Source of the DNA: the human T2T-CHM13v2.0 reference genome, Homo sapiens
Assembly: GCF_009914755.1 (NCBI RefSeq)
Contig: NC_060927.1
DNA: 64,000 nt
Direction: 5' to 3' (one strand)
The notes under the pieces: generated by a model
What the model saw: the letters and a program-made list of their open reading frames with translations, nothing else
The model's database searches: none
Told to the model about the DNA's origin: nothing
Shown here: positions 15,401 through 28,988 of the stretch, in pieces
How positions within the stretch are numbered: position 1 is the first letter of the stretch
How the letters are laid out: each line of letters starts with the position of its first letter
Program-made: the position numbers and the translations under genes

Positions 15401-17753
15401 TAATAGAATACCAGATAGACTTCTAAGGTTTTTTACTCTCATTCTTGACACCTAGATGGTACTTCTGGACCCACCTGGGGCCTGGGGGGAACTTGCTGCC
15501 CTGAAGTGAAGGAAACAGGCCTGGTTGGCTTTGCCACCTTCCGATTATAGAGGGCCAGGGCCTTATGCAAACACAGGCAGTGGTCAGGGAGTGGTTACAG
15601 CAGGACTTGAGTGAGACCCAGCCCTGTGATGGCTTTAGATCTGACTCAGTGCAGTCACAGTGGTGGTGGCCATAGGAGTGCTTGTGTCACTCCAACCCCA
15701 GCTTTAGATGGCCCATAACAGAGGCAGAGATTCTGTATGTTTTGGAGAAAGGAAGGGAAAATAACAAGAGTTTCTACCTGGTAATCCAGAGAATTCTCCT
15801 GGACATTGTCCAATACCATCATTGTGGACTGCAAGAATCACAGTGTTACTGGCCTTGGGATGCCCCTTAAAGCAGAAACAGCATTGATCACAACACCCAA
15901 GTCTTTTCAAATATCTGGAAAGGCTTCCCAAGAAGGACAGCCACAAATAAGCCCAGGCAATGAAGACTACAATAAACACCTAACCCTTCAATGCCCAGAT
16001 ACTGAAGAACATCTAGTAGCATAAACACCAACCAGGAAAACATGATCTAATCAAGTGAACTAAATAAGGCACCAGGAACAAATCCTGAAGAAACAGAGAT
16101 ATGTGACCTTCCAGACAAAAGAATTCAAAATAGCTGTGTTGAGAAAATTGAAAGAAATTCAAGATAACACAAAGAAAGAATTCAGAATTCAGTCAGATAT
16201 ATTTAACAAAGAGACTGACAAAATTAAAAAGATGCAGAAATTCTGGAGTAGAAAAATGCAACTGGCATACTGAAAACTGCATTAGAGTCCTTTAATAGCA
16301 GAATGGATGAAGCAAAAGAATTAGTGAGCTTCAGGACAGGCAATTTGAAAATACACAGTCAGAGGAGACAAAGGAAAAAAAAAAAGGTTAAAAAACAATG
16401 AAGCATGCCTACAGGATCTGGAAAATAGCCTCAAAAAGGCAAATCTAAGAGTCATTGACCTTAAAGAGAAGGTAGAGAGATAGGGGTAGAATATTTATTC
16501 AAGTGATAACAGAGAACTTCCCAAACCTAGAGGAAGATATTATTATAATATAAAAGTACAAGAAAGTTGTAGAACACCAAGCAGATTTAACTCAAAGAAA
16601 ACTTCCTCAAGGTATTTAAAAAGTCAAACTCCAAAAGGCAAGAATAGAGAAATGATCCTAAATGCAACAAGAGAAAAGAAACAAATAACATACAACAGAG
16701 CTCCAGTGTGTTTGGCAGCAGACTTTTTAGTGGAAACCTTATGGGCCAGGAGAGAGTGGCATGGCATATTTAACGTGCTGAAGGAAAAAAACAAACAAAA
16801 AAAGAGTTTTACCTTAGTAAAAGGTTACTATAATATATCTGGCAAAAATATTCTTTAGACATGAAGGAGAAATAAAGACTTTTCCATACAAACAAAAGCT
16901 GAGCGATTTCATCAATACCAAACCTCTTCTACAAGAAATGCTAAATAGAGTACTTCAATTAGAAAGAAAAGGGCATTAGTGAACAATAAATAATCACCTG
17001 AAGGTACAAAACTTACCAGTAATAGTAAGTTCACAGAAAAACACAAAATATTGTAACACTGTAACTGTGGTTGTAAACTACTCTTATCCTAAGAAAGACT
17101 AAACAATGATCGAATCAAAAATAATGACTACAAAAACTTTTCAAGCTGTAGTCAGCATAATAAAATAGAAATAGAAACAAAAAAAGTTAAAAAGCAGTGG
17201 GACAAAGTTAAGGTGAGTTTTTATTAGTTTTCTTTCTGCTTGTATGTTTACACAAATAGTGTTCAGTTGTTATCAGGTTAAAATAATGGGTTATAAGATA
17301 GTATTTGCAAGCCTCATGCTACCCTCAAACCAAAAAACACACAATAAAAACAAAAAAAATTAAAAAGAAACTAAATTATATCACCAGACAAAATCATCTT
17401 CACTCAAAGAAAACAGGAATGCAAAAAAGAAGAAATATTATACCATAAAATAACCAGAAAACAAATGACAAAATAGCAAGGGTAAATCCTTACTTATCAA
17501 TAGTAACATTGAATGCAAACGAACTAAACTCTCCAACCAAAAGACAATGAGTGGCTGAATGAATGCAAAAGCAAGATCCCTTTACCTGTTGCCTACAAAA
17601 AACACACTACACCTATAAAGACATACATAGAACTAAAATAAAAGGATGGAAGAAGATATTACATGCCAATGGAAACCAAAAAAAGCAGGAATTGCTAAAC
17701 TTATACCAGACAAAATTGATTTTAAGACCAAAACTATACGAAGATTCAAAAAA

Positions 17754-18053
<300 letters not shown>

Positions 18054-18160
18054 AAGATACAAAAAAAATCACTATATAATGATAAAGGGGTCAATTCAGC
18101 AAGAGGACATAATAATTTTAAATACACATACACACAAAACAGGAGCACCCAGCTATATAA

Positions 18161-18210
18161 AGGAAATATTATTAGAGCTAAAGAGAGGAAATATTATTAG
18201 AGCTAAAGAG
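18161..18210 (+). repeat. Exact 25-bp tandem duplication within L1 ORF2
   Basis: aggaaatattattagagctaaagag occurs twice head-to-tail. Confidence 0.95.
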
Positions 18211-18435
18211 AGAGATAGGCCCCAATACAATAATAGATGGAGACCTTCACCACACCTTCAGCATTGGACAGAAGCATCAACAAAGAAGCATCAGATTTAA
18301 TTTGCACTATTGATCAAATGGATCTAATAGATATTTACAAAATGTTTCATCCAAGAGATGCAGAATACACATTCTTTTCCGCAATATATGAATTACTCTC
18401 AAGGATAGACCATATACTGGGTCACAAAAAGATCA

Positions 18436-18619
<184 letters not shown>

Positions 18620-19476
18620 AAAGATGAATGAAACAAATTTTTTTTAACATTAAACAACATCAGCAAAGTTTTAACAAGACTAACTAACAAGGAAAGAGAG
18701 AAGATGAAAATAAATAAAATCAGAAATGAAAAAGGAGACATTCCAACTTATACTGTAGAAATTCAAAGGCTCATTAGTGGCTGCCATGAGCAACTATATG
18801 CCAATAAATTGGAAAGTCTAATAAATCCAATAAATTGGCATATAGTTGATTACATTAGCCACTAACGAGCCACAAAAGTAAAGAAGAAATGGACAAATTC
18901 CTAGACATATAACTTTCTAAGATTGAATCATGAAGAGATCCAAAACCTGAACAGATCAATAGTAAGTAATGAAGCTTCAATAAATTTTTTCAGTAAAGAA
19001 GAGACTGGGACCTGATGGCTTCACTGCTGAATTCTACCAAACATTGAAGGAAGAACTAATATCCATCCTACTTAAAGTATTCCAAAAAAGAGAGGAGGAG
19101 GAAATACTTCCAAACTCATTCCACAGGCAAGTATTTTCCTGATATCAAAACCTGACAGTCACATCAAAAAAAGAATCCTACAGATCAATATCTCTGATGA
19201 ATATTGAAAAAATCCTCAACAAATTGCTAGCAAACTGAATTTAACAACACATGAAAAAGATCATTTCTCATGACCACGTGGGACTTATCCCAGGATTTCA
19301 AGGATGATTTAACATACACAAATCAATCAATATGATACATTATATTAACAGAATGTAGGACAAAACCCATACGATTTCATTTGATGCTGAAAAAGCATTT
19401 GATAAAATTCAGCATCTCTTCATAATAAAAACCCTCTAAAAACTGGGTATAAAAAAGAACATACCTCAACACAATA

Positions 19477-19801
19477 CTTTTTATATTAGATTCACTGCAT
19501 TTTATTACAGCTTCCACAAGGTTCTAGTTATTCACAACTTCTGGGTATAGTTACAGGACAAAGATTAGTGAAAATAACTCTAGAGTCTCGGTGCTCAAGT
19601 TGGTCCAAATTCCTTAACAGACAGTCATTACCTTTCTCTTCTACTGCTTATTCTGGTTTTCTCTTCCACTTAGCTAACTTCTCTGCCAATTCTGATTGCT
19701 TGTCTGTTGAATTGGAACAAACCCTCCTTCCTAGAGGGTTCAAAGTCCAAGTTAAAATGTCATTATCAAGTTACAGGAGCTGTTCTTGTCCATCTTGTTC
19801 C
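19477..19801 (-). pseudogene. Probable processed-pseudogene (mRNA 3' end) fragment, parent unidentified
   Basis: Non-L1 insert. One minus frame runs ~90 codons with two internal TAA. AATAAA lies at 19506-19501, followed ~18 nt later by an A-rich remnant. Confidence 0.55.
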
Positions 19802-22399
19802 TATCAACAGAATGAAGGATAAAAACTATATGATCATTTCAACTGACCCTGCAAAAGCCTTTAATAAAATTTGACATCCCTTCATAATAAAACCTCAAAA
19901 AATTGGGTATAGAAAGAAAATATCTCAACATAATAAAAGCCATACATGACATACCCAAAGATAGTATTGTACTAAATAGGGAAAAACTGAAAGCCTTTCC
20001 TCTAAGATCTGGAACATGACAAGGATATCTATTGTCACCACTGTTATTCAACATGGTAATTATGTCTTAGCTAGAGCAATTAGACAAAAGAAAGATGCAA
20101 AGGGCATCCAAATTGGAAAGAAAGAAATCAAATTATCCTCGTTTGCTGATGATATGATCTTAAAAAACCTAAAGACTCCATAAGAAAATTATTAGAACTG
20201 ACACAAAAATAGTAAAGCTGCAGGATACCAATTTAACATACAAAAATCAGTAGCATTTTTATATGCCAACAGTAAACAATGTGAAAAAGAAATTAAAAAA
20301 CAATTCCATTTACAATAGGCATAAATAAAATTAAATATCTAGGAATTAACCAAAGAAGTAAAAGTTCTCTATAATGAAAATTTTTAAGCACTGGCAAAAG
20401 AAACTGAAGAGGACACCAAAGAATGGAAAGATATTCCATGTTCATAGATTGGAAAAATTAATATGGTTAAAATGTCCATAATACCCCAAAATAGTCTAGA
20501 GATTCAATCTCTATTCAAAATACCTATGACATGCTTCACAGAAATACAAATACAATCCTAAAATTTATATGGAAATGCAAAAGACCCAGGATAGTCAAAG
20601 TTATCCTAAGCAAAAAGAACAAAACTAGAGGAATCATGTGACCTGGCTTTAAATTATGCTACAGAGCTACAGTAACCAAAACTGTCATAAAAACAGACAT
20701 ATAGACCAATGAAACAGAAATGAATCATTTTTTTGCTTTTATTTTACCTACTAACAAAAACCCTGGTACAAAGTGCAGATGAGAATGGAGTTTTCTGGAA
20801 AGAATAGCAAAAGAGCTACAATAAATGTCTATACGTCATTTCTGCAAACAGCTAACAAGTTGACTTCATCAAGGGGTCAGGTTTTTCAGCACACTCTCAG
20901 TCCAGTAGCCAATAACTATGTAGAAAAAGACTATATAACTTAAAATCCAAAAAACAAGATCAATTCCCAAAAATAATGAACTAATTTAATTATAACTTTT
21001 TAATGTCTTAAATTAACATAGTTAAAATTGGTTTCCAACTTCAACAGACACCTTAAAACTCAGAAAAAATGACATCCCTGAAAAGGTCTAAATATGTATA
21101 TAAAGCTAAACACTTTTTATAAAGCCTAGAGAAAAACATTCATAGATACATATAGATTCGCTTTCCCAATAAACTTATTCAAAACAGTGGTTTAATGTTT
21201 TACTAAATGCAAAAATCACTGTCAAAGGGCCTGGCCATGTTTGATAAAAATCCTCGATTTTCTAATATTTTCACAAAAGGAAAGCTTCCACTTGTCTAAA
21301 AATTCATACTGTTAACCATTACTAACTCATCCACATACTAAAATGTGCTTTTGGATATTAATGCCGTATGTACTGATAGCCCAGACTTAATTGAGGAAAT
21401 GACAAATCTAGTCTAAATAAGTGGATATTTACAGAAATATCATGAATTTCTGACAACTAATCACCAAAGACAAATAAGAAAACTATAGCCATCACCAAAA
21501 CCCTGGATGGAACCAAGGGTATCAACCTTGAATGGAACTTTTATAACGACTGGACTGATCAGAGTCACAGTAATATGGCTGTTCTCTTTTGAGATGCAGA
21601 CTTTCTATTGCCTACTACAATAATGGTGAGTTACAATTCTTAAATTATCTGTAAGATGCATTTAAAGTTTGAATATTCTCGGTATGGATTGTAAAGTCTA
21701 TTTGTTGCATTGTGTGAGAATGTTCAATTTTGCCATAAAAATAAGAAAATAAACGAAAAAATAAAACTTTAAAGAGGTATTACATACATGTAAAAAATAA
21801 ACTGGTAAATTAACTGATTGGGCAGAATCATTGAACATGTAAGCACAGATAAGTTAGTAAACTGTAAGACATGTTATGCATAGACAATGTAAATTAGTAC
21901 ACAGTAAGAGATGTTAGGTATTAATTAAAGTAAATGGGTAATTGAGACATGATTAAACCAAGATAAATTAAGTAGATAATATCGTTGCTGAACAAAGTTG
22001 TAAAAGAGATGAAATGACCAAAAAGCCCCTAATATTCATATACTTACTATAGATCAGTCACTCAAAATTTATAAGATGATAAATTGATTATCACATGGCA
22101 GTAGCCATTATGATCCCATGAGTATTCTAAGAAATGCAAATAAAATTTACATTCGCTCATAAGGCTATGGGCGAACTACAGTTATTGGCAAGGCATGCTG
22201 CTCCCCATGTTGTCTAATATAACAAAACATTTTGGTTCCAGGCGCCTTCTGTTTTCTGAGCACCCTTGTTCAAACCTCTACGCTGATCCACAAAACCACA
22301 ACTTCATCAGGAAAGGTCAAAGTAGCGAGAGTAAGGCAAAGTCTAAAAATATTGGGCATTGTCTATTTCAGAAATTATGGCATTCTTCTATCATTGCAC

Positions 22400-22565
22400 C
22401 CTTTCCTAATTATGTGTATCTACTTCTATTTTCCCCTGCTTATCATTATATGTTTTAAATTGATTTAATAAATCATATTATTATTTTCCAGGACTCTTCT
22501 ACACCATTGCCTGGTATGTAGCTTGGTGTTCATTCAAATAACTAATGATTGAATAAATTAATTAA
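22400..22565 (+). mobile_element. L2 3' end fragment
   Basis: acaccattgcctggtatgtagcttggtgttcattcaaataactaatgattgaataaatt resembles the L2 terminus. Confidence 0.5.
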
Positions 22566-23439
22566 TATGTTTCTTTTATATTTTAACATGGCAATAAAAT
22601 TTTAAAACCTTTACTTCTTAAGACTGGTTGAGACTCATAAGAAATTAATACAACTATACTGCTATAGGGAGTAAAATATAGCATAGCCCACTCTAGAAAA
22701 TAGCTTGACAACAGATAGAAGTTTTAAAAGTGTCCATATCATTTCGCATTATGTATTTAATATCTGGTACTCAATTTTAGGGAAAGTATTTGAACTAAAG
22801 GAACAACATTAAAGTGGTTATCTATGAAATGTAGAAATTTCAGCAATTTTTTCTGTAATTTTTATTATACAATATTCAAGACTTAAAATTATGTATTTGG
22901 CCTCCTCATTTCAGCACATCATAAGATTCCAAACGCAAATATCTTCATTCCTTGAGCCCTTTTTTTCTATTTTTGGTTACATGCTGCATGGCCTTGGCCA
23001 ATATTTTACAGTAATTATAGGAGAATTATACAATTTTTTACATCAAATTGAATGAATTCTTTCCTGAAATGGAGTGACTTTGCAATTTTCCTAAACCAGA
23101 AGGATAATGACCATTAAAATTAAAAATCATAATCTGGTCTTATTGATTAAAATTAGCCTAAATAAATTGTAAATAAATTTAACAACTAGAGCATATGTCT
23201 TCAACTTGCTTATCCCAAAAAGATTGATTTTACACATTTATTGTAATGCTAATGGTTTTAAATACTGGAAATCTGAATTGATTACATTGTGGCATAGTTG
23301 TATTACCACTTACACAACTTTATACATTTTAAATTCTATTTTTATAATTGATTATGTGTCTCAGAACATTTAAATCATTTTGCAAGAAAAGCAAATATTT
23401 CTCTTTTGTTAAAACTGTCACTGATTTTTCAAAGGTTTC

Positions 23440-23885
23440 ATTCCGACTACCTGTTGCTGTAGAACAAACTTTCCATAACACAAGGGAATAAAACAATCAC
23501 TTCATTATGCTTACCTACCATGCGAGTCAGGGATATGGGGCAAAGGGTGAGTGTTTCTTCGCTACTTCATGAAATGACTCATTTGTGTGCCTAGAAAAAC
23601 AGCAGGCCAGAACAGCAGCTACTGGAGGTACCATTTCCAAAATGGTTTCTTTACCTATATGCCTGACACTTGGTTTAGAATAAAGAATGGGTTTGAGATA
23701 AAGAGTTCAGGTGAAACTCTCAACAGAAGAATTTCTATGTGGCCTCTCTACATGGCAGCATTAGGATAGTCAGACTTCTCACATGGTGTCTCAGCACTCC
23801 AAGAGTGGGTGTTCCAATGAACAAGACAGTAGCTGCATGCCCTTTTATTACTTAGACTCCCAAGTCACATTGCATGGCTATGTGG
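23440..23885 (-). mobile_element. Old MaLR LTR (MLT1J/H-like)
   Basis: ctgttgctgtagaacaaact...aaaacaatcacttcattatgct; tgtggcctctctacatggcagc...gtcagacttctcacatggtg.ctcag. Confidence 0.6.
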
Positions 23886-24106
23886 CTTAGAATGCCATAG
23901 AAATTTAACCTATGCAGCCACCTCAAACTCCATGTTTAGGTAAAACCACAAATATATTGGCATACATTCCAACTTTGCCTAGGATATCTGACAGTAAAGA
24001 AACACATACTATGAACCATTACTATGTGTTAACATTCTATTATATATGGGATAGAAAAGAGAGTAAGACAGATATACCCTCTGCATCAATGAATGGATAC
24101 ATTCTG

Positions 24107-24130
24107 TGAGTGTGTGTGTGTGTGTGTGTG
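24107..24130. repeat. (TG)n microsatellite
   Basis: Directly visible. Confidence 0.9.
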
Positions 24131-24243
24131 CACGCGTGCACCATGGTCTATGGAGGGAAAGAGGATGATAGAAGACTAGTATAAATGAAATTTGGAGAGC
24201 AAGGGTACAAATGTAAAAATATTTAGAAGAGAGATCATGATTG

Positions 24244-24656
24244 GTTTATTAGTCAATTTGGGCTGCCATAAAGAACTACCATAGACAGAGTAGCTTAAAC
24301 AACGGAAATTTATTTTCTTGCAGTTGTGGAGGGTAGAAGTCCAAGATTAAGGTTCTAGTCCATTTGTTTTCTGGCGAAGCCTTTCTTTCTGGCTTCAGGT
24401 GGCCACTGTCTCACAATATCCATACATGGCCATTCCTTGGTGCATGCATATAGGAAGAGAGAGAAAGAGTAATTTCTCTGGTGTTGCTTCTTGTAAGGTC
24501 ACTAGTGTTATTGGATCAGGATCCCATCCTTAATGGCCTCATTAAACCTTAATTATTTTCATAGAGGCCTCATCTTCACATATAGCCACATTGGGAGTTA
24601 GGGTTTTAAAATATAGACTAGAGGAGAAGAGAAAACCACAACAAAAATCCATAATG
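24244..24656 (-). mobile_element. MLT1A-like MaLR LTR
   Basis: tattagtc...gggctgccataa...taccatagac...gcttaaacaac.gaaatttatttt...agaagtccaagat.aagg is the MLT1A/B terminus. Confidence 0.8.
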
Positions 24657-26122
24657 GTAGGATAAACATTTGTGTGTTATTGGCTCTTGAAAAGTTCCTA
24701 TCCATGCGTTGACTTCAATTACCTTTCAAGAGCCAGTAGCTGTTGACAGGCTCAGGACTACATGATGAGTTTCTCTAACACACAGTTAGCTAGAGGCAGA
24801 AGCTTCTAAAAACTGTAACAGACAAACAAACAAAAAAAAAAAACAGAGTTTCTAAAAAGTGTAACAAACAAAAAACCTAGACATACAAGTAGTAAAAAAT
24901 AAAGACTCTCCTGTTAGGAATCAAGAACTAGAAGGTACTGTCATAACTATTCTAATATATTGTAAAATCTGCTCTGAGCAGTAGCTGTTAAAAAATTCTT
25001 AAAATATTTTGAAAGTTCAATTTGTGCTATTCAGAATTAGCTTCATGACAGTGCATAGCATTTAAGTAATAACTCACCTATAAATAATTTTGTTCTCAGA
25101 GTGAATCATCTACCTATTCACACACTGCTTGAAATTTGAGATTAAAATATTTTTCTTAATATACATATGAGCAAGCTATAATGGTATGCATAATCATATC
25201 TATATAACTCATAATCATTAGAAGTTTGTAATATTTATATGCTGGAAATATGTTAAATGGCAGTCTTCTGTTTAATAGTAAAATTTAATCCTGTGTTTTA
25301 CACATGACATAAATCTTCTGATTCATTTTATGCAATATTAGCAGACAGAGTATTCTACAGTATAAATAAATATAAAAATCTCCTTGCAACAAACTTAACA
25401 GAAATAAGTCACTAGGGAAAGCTGTTATGTGATTCATATATGTGTATTTGTCACTTGCTAGAACAAATGATTCATGCCTCTACCTTGTCTTTATTTAAAT
25501 TGTTTAAGAATATTAAACTTATAAGACAAACTGTTTGAATGCTATTTACCACTCTGATAAAATCAAAAGTTGTGAAGTTTATATTATTTTTGAAATTCAG
25601 CACTTACCAAATAGCTATTGATATTTATTTGATTCACATTTACTCTATGGTAAATCAAGTAAGAGGAAGCATAACTGTCTAAATATGAGAGTAACATAGA
25701 TATTTAACTATTTAACTTAAAAATATTTTTGTACTTTCTTTTATCTATTTCCTTAATTTTTATTTGATTTTAAAGAGTTTCCCAAGTACACTTGACACTG
25801 TATTTTTCATAACACTGGATTCTATAAAAGTTTTGTATTATTTTAAGTAAATTTGTCATAATTTTCCATATTATATAATAATTTTTGTATTTTTCCTCTC
25901 TACAGACATTCAAAATATTATTATGTGTAGTAGTATTGGATAGAAAATAATCTTTTCATTCCACAATCTTTCATTCTCTAACTTCTAACAGACAGGGTAG
26001 GCTTACCATTCTAAAATCCTATGTATCTTATCTATTAATCCCTGTCCATGGGCAATATTACATGTGCCTGACCTTGGTGCATTACATAAGAGGATATAAC
26101 AGAAAAAAAGTATGTGTGTGTT

Positions 26123-26124
<2 letters not shown>

Positions 26125-26153
<29 letters not shown>
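26125..26153. repeat. (CA)n microsatellite
   Basis: Directly visible. Confidence 0.9.
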
Positions 26154-26639
26154 GTATATTCATTGGCCTAATAAGCTAATATGTAGAAACTATAGACCAG
26201 CAGATCCTATCTACCATTTTATTACAAACTATTACCTAGAATAATGCTAGAAAATTGAGTCAGCTGCAAATATATTTGAAGGGAAATTTAATTCATTCTA
26301 TTATTTTTAAATTTTCAAAATACATACCCCCAACACTGAGTCAAGGAACTAGAACTACATGAGGGATTATTGATAAAGAAAAAGCACAGTTGGATCATGA
26401 ACTGTGATGAACTCATGATGATGAGATGCAAGTTATGAACAATATACCAAGTAAAGACTTGAATTCACAATTGTGTGTAATAACATTAATTATTAAAATG
26501 AGGGAAACTTCCAGGTTAATGAAATTGACACTTTAAATTGTTCCATGAAACGATATAGATCAACATAGAAAGCATATAAAATCACCTGAAGACCACACCA
26601 ATATTACGTCTCAGAGAAAGTATACTATATACTTTAATA

Positions 26640-26953
<314 letters not shown>

Positions 26954-27182
26954 TCATTTACAGGAATGTGAGGAAGTAAATCACTGACACCATAGAGATG
27001 GTACGGACAACACATCATGGCAAAAGAAATAAAGCAAGGTCTCTGCAAAGAGAGAAGAGTGTCATTGTCATGAGGTCCTCATAGTGGAGACGTGCTGATA
27101 ATAAATTCACTCCCAGAAAAAAAGTCCCCATCCTGATTATTTCCCTAATTAGCACTGGAAGGTCAAATTAAGGGAAAAAATG

Positions 27183-27186
<4 letters not shown>

Positions 27187-27224
<38 letters not shown>
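27187..27224. repeat. (CA)19 microsatellite
   Basis: Directly visible. Confidence 0.95.
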
Positions 27225-27225
<1 letters not shown>

Positions 27226-27231
27226 CCTACC

Positions 27232-27359
27232 AAATCATACCTTTAACTAGGAGTTTACCTCCTAGGCATGCCAAAGTTCCTGGCATTTCCCTCAATGTTG
27301 AGCTCTAGAGATCTAGACTTATTGTCTTCCTTCTTCACGTCTGCACAGAGATCACCTCC
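27232..27359 (+). repeat. Copy 1 of a ~128-bp direct repeat (copy 2 at 28863-28988)
   Basis: aaatcatacctttaact...tttacctcctaggcatg...agatctagacttat...gatcacctcc; ~88% identity by manual alignment. Confidence 0.93.
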
Positions 27360-27360
27360 C

Positions 27361-27364
<4 letters not shown>

Positions 27365-27404
<40 letters not shown>
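27365..27404. repeat. (TG)20 microsatellite
   Basis: Directly visible. Confidence 0.95.
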
Positions 27405-27407
<3 letters not shown>

Positions 27408-27748
27408 TAAATAACTATATCTGTCTACATATAAAACTATAGATAAATGTGTAATATAATACATTAAGTAAATGTATTATAATTACTTTTTACCTATTAG
27501 TCAAAGTTCTGAGACTCAACTTTGCAGATTCCTCTCCAAAAGTAAGAAATAATATATACTTAATTCTGCATATTCACTACGAAAAATTAGAAACAAGCCA
27601 AATGTTCACTTTATGCTGTTTATAAATCTTTAGTGGATTCACATTAAGACTACTTAATATATATTATAAATTTTTTCAAAGATACACAAAATAAGGTTAT
27701 ATACTATCCATTTATTTATTTTCTATTTACTTTTATTTATTATGGTGA

Positions 27749-27902
27749 TTTTTTTAAAGATAGGCTATTGCTCTGTTGCACAGGCTAGAAGGCAGTGGCA
27801 CAATCATAGCTCCCTGCAGCCTTGAACTCCTGAGCTCAAGTGATCTCCGAAGTTCAGCCTCCCAGAGTAGCTAGGATTACAGCACATGCCACTGTGCCTG
27901 AC
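27749..27902 (-). mobile_element. Old Alu monomer (FRAM/AluJ right arm)
   Basis: gcagtggcacaatcatagctc.ctgcagccttgaactcctgagctcaagtgatc are J/FRAM diagnostics; single arm only. Confidence 0.85.
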
Positions 27903-28862
27903 ATCATTCATTATTTTTAATATTAGTAATAATTATCATTTTATAATTTTAAAATCTTTTGGACATTTTATAGGGTAAAATTCAAGTTTTTTTAATAAAG
28001 AATAAGAAAATATCTGAAAATATCTTAATCATCTATTTAGAAAAATTATCAGTTCACAACAATTATCAACAGATGGTAAGAATCATTGAAAGAAGACAAA
28101 AGAATCACAGATCACACTGATTCAACCTGATTCCAAGGTCTGTGTCTTTCATGTCTATACAACCTTTCTTCTCAATATGAATGCTGGAATTTTAAATATG
28201 TTACTGACATGCCAGATTTCCTAATTTAACTGATATATTTTTAATTTATATTTGGAAACCTGGGAGTTTATCTTAACTTGCTTTTTTCTTCTCTACTTGG
28301 CATCTACTCACTGCATTAAAAAAAATCAACACAGAGGCTTTATATAAGAGTTTCTTGAACAGTTCCAGGTAGCTGAGGCAAATTGTAATTGGTGTAAATA
28401 GTACCATAAATAGGGTTTCATTATAAACAAGGTTTGGGTTTTCAGCCAGCATATAACACAAAATTGAATATGGCAAAAATTTCCCTTGAACAACACCTTC
28501 AAGAAGCCAAGAAACTGTGTACTTTCTCTCAGTAAGGGCAGACTAGTCAGTTTTCCTCCAGTGTTAGAATGGGTTTGTTTTGCTTTGTGAAACAAAAGAT
28601 AAGTGTCATGTTTCCAATTTTGGGGCTGATGTAAGATATAAGAGTCAATCTTCAAACACTAGAAACACAGGATACTACTGTGCTCATAGCGTGAGTGTCA
28701 AATGCACACTGATAATCAGGGAATTATGGATTCATCACTGTTCGACACAGAGACACTCTCTCATTTTCCTCCACTATTCTCATGCGTTCTGTTAAATTAA
28801 CATTATTTCAATTCACTCTAGAGATGCCTGTCCTCATATTACAACAGAAAATAATGTCACTA

Positions 28863-28988
28863 AAATCATACCTTTAACTGAATTTACCTCCTAGGCATGT
28901 CCAAGTTCCTAGCATTTCCCTCAATGTTAAGCCCTACAGATCTAGACTTATAGTCTCCCTTCTTCACAGCTGCACAGTGATCACCTCC
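28863..28988 (+). repeat. Copy 2 of the ~128-bp direct repeat
   Basis: Aligns to 27232-27359. Confidence 0.93.

Noticed and set aside
19568-19822. 84-aa plus-strand ORF
   Set aside because: GTG start, runs into L1 sequence, and is antisense to the mRNA-like insert whose poly(A) signal is on the minus strand.
26255-26345. Two AP-1 (TGAGTCA) motifs ~80 bp apart
   Set aside because: Several such 7-mers are expected by chance in 64 kb; no other support.
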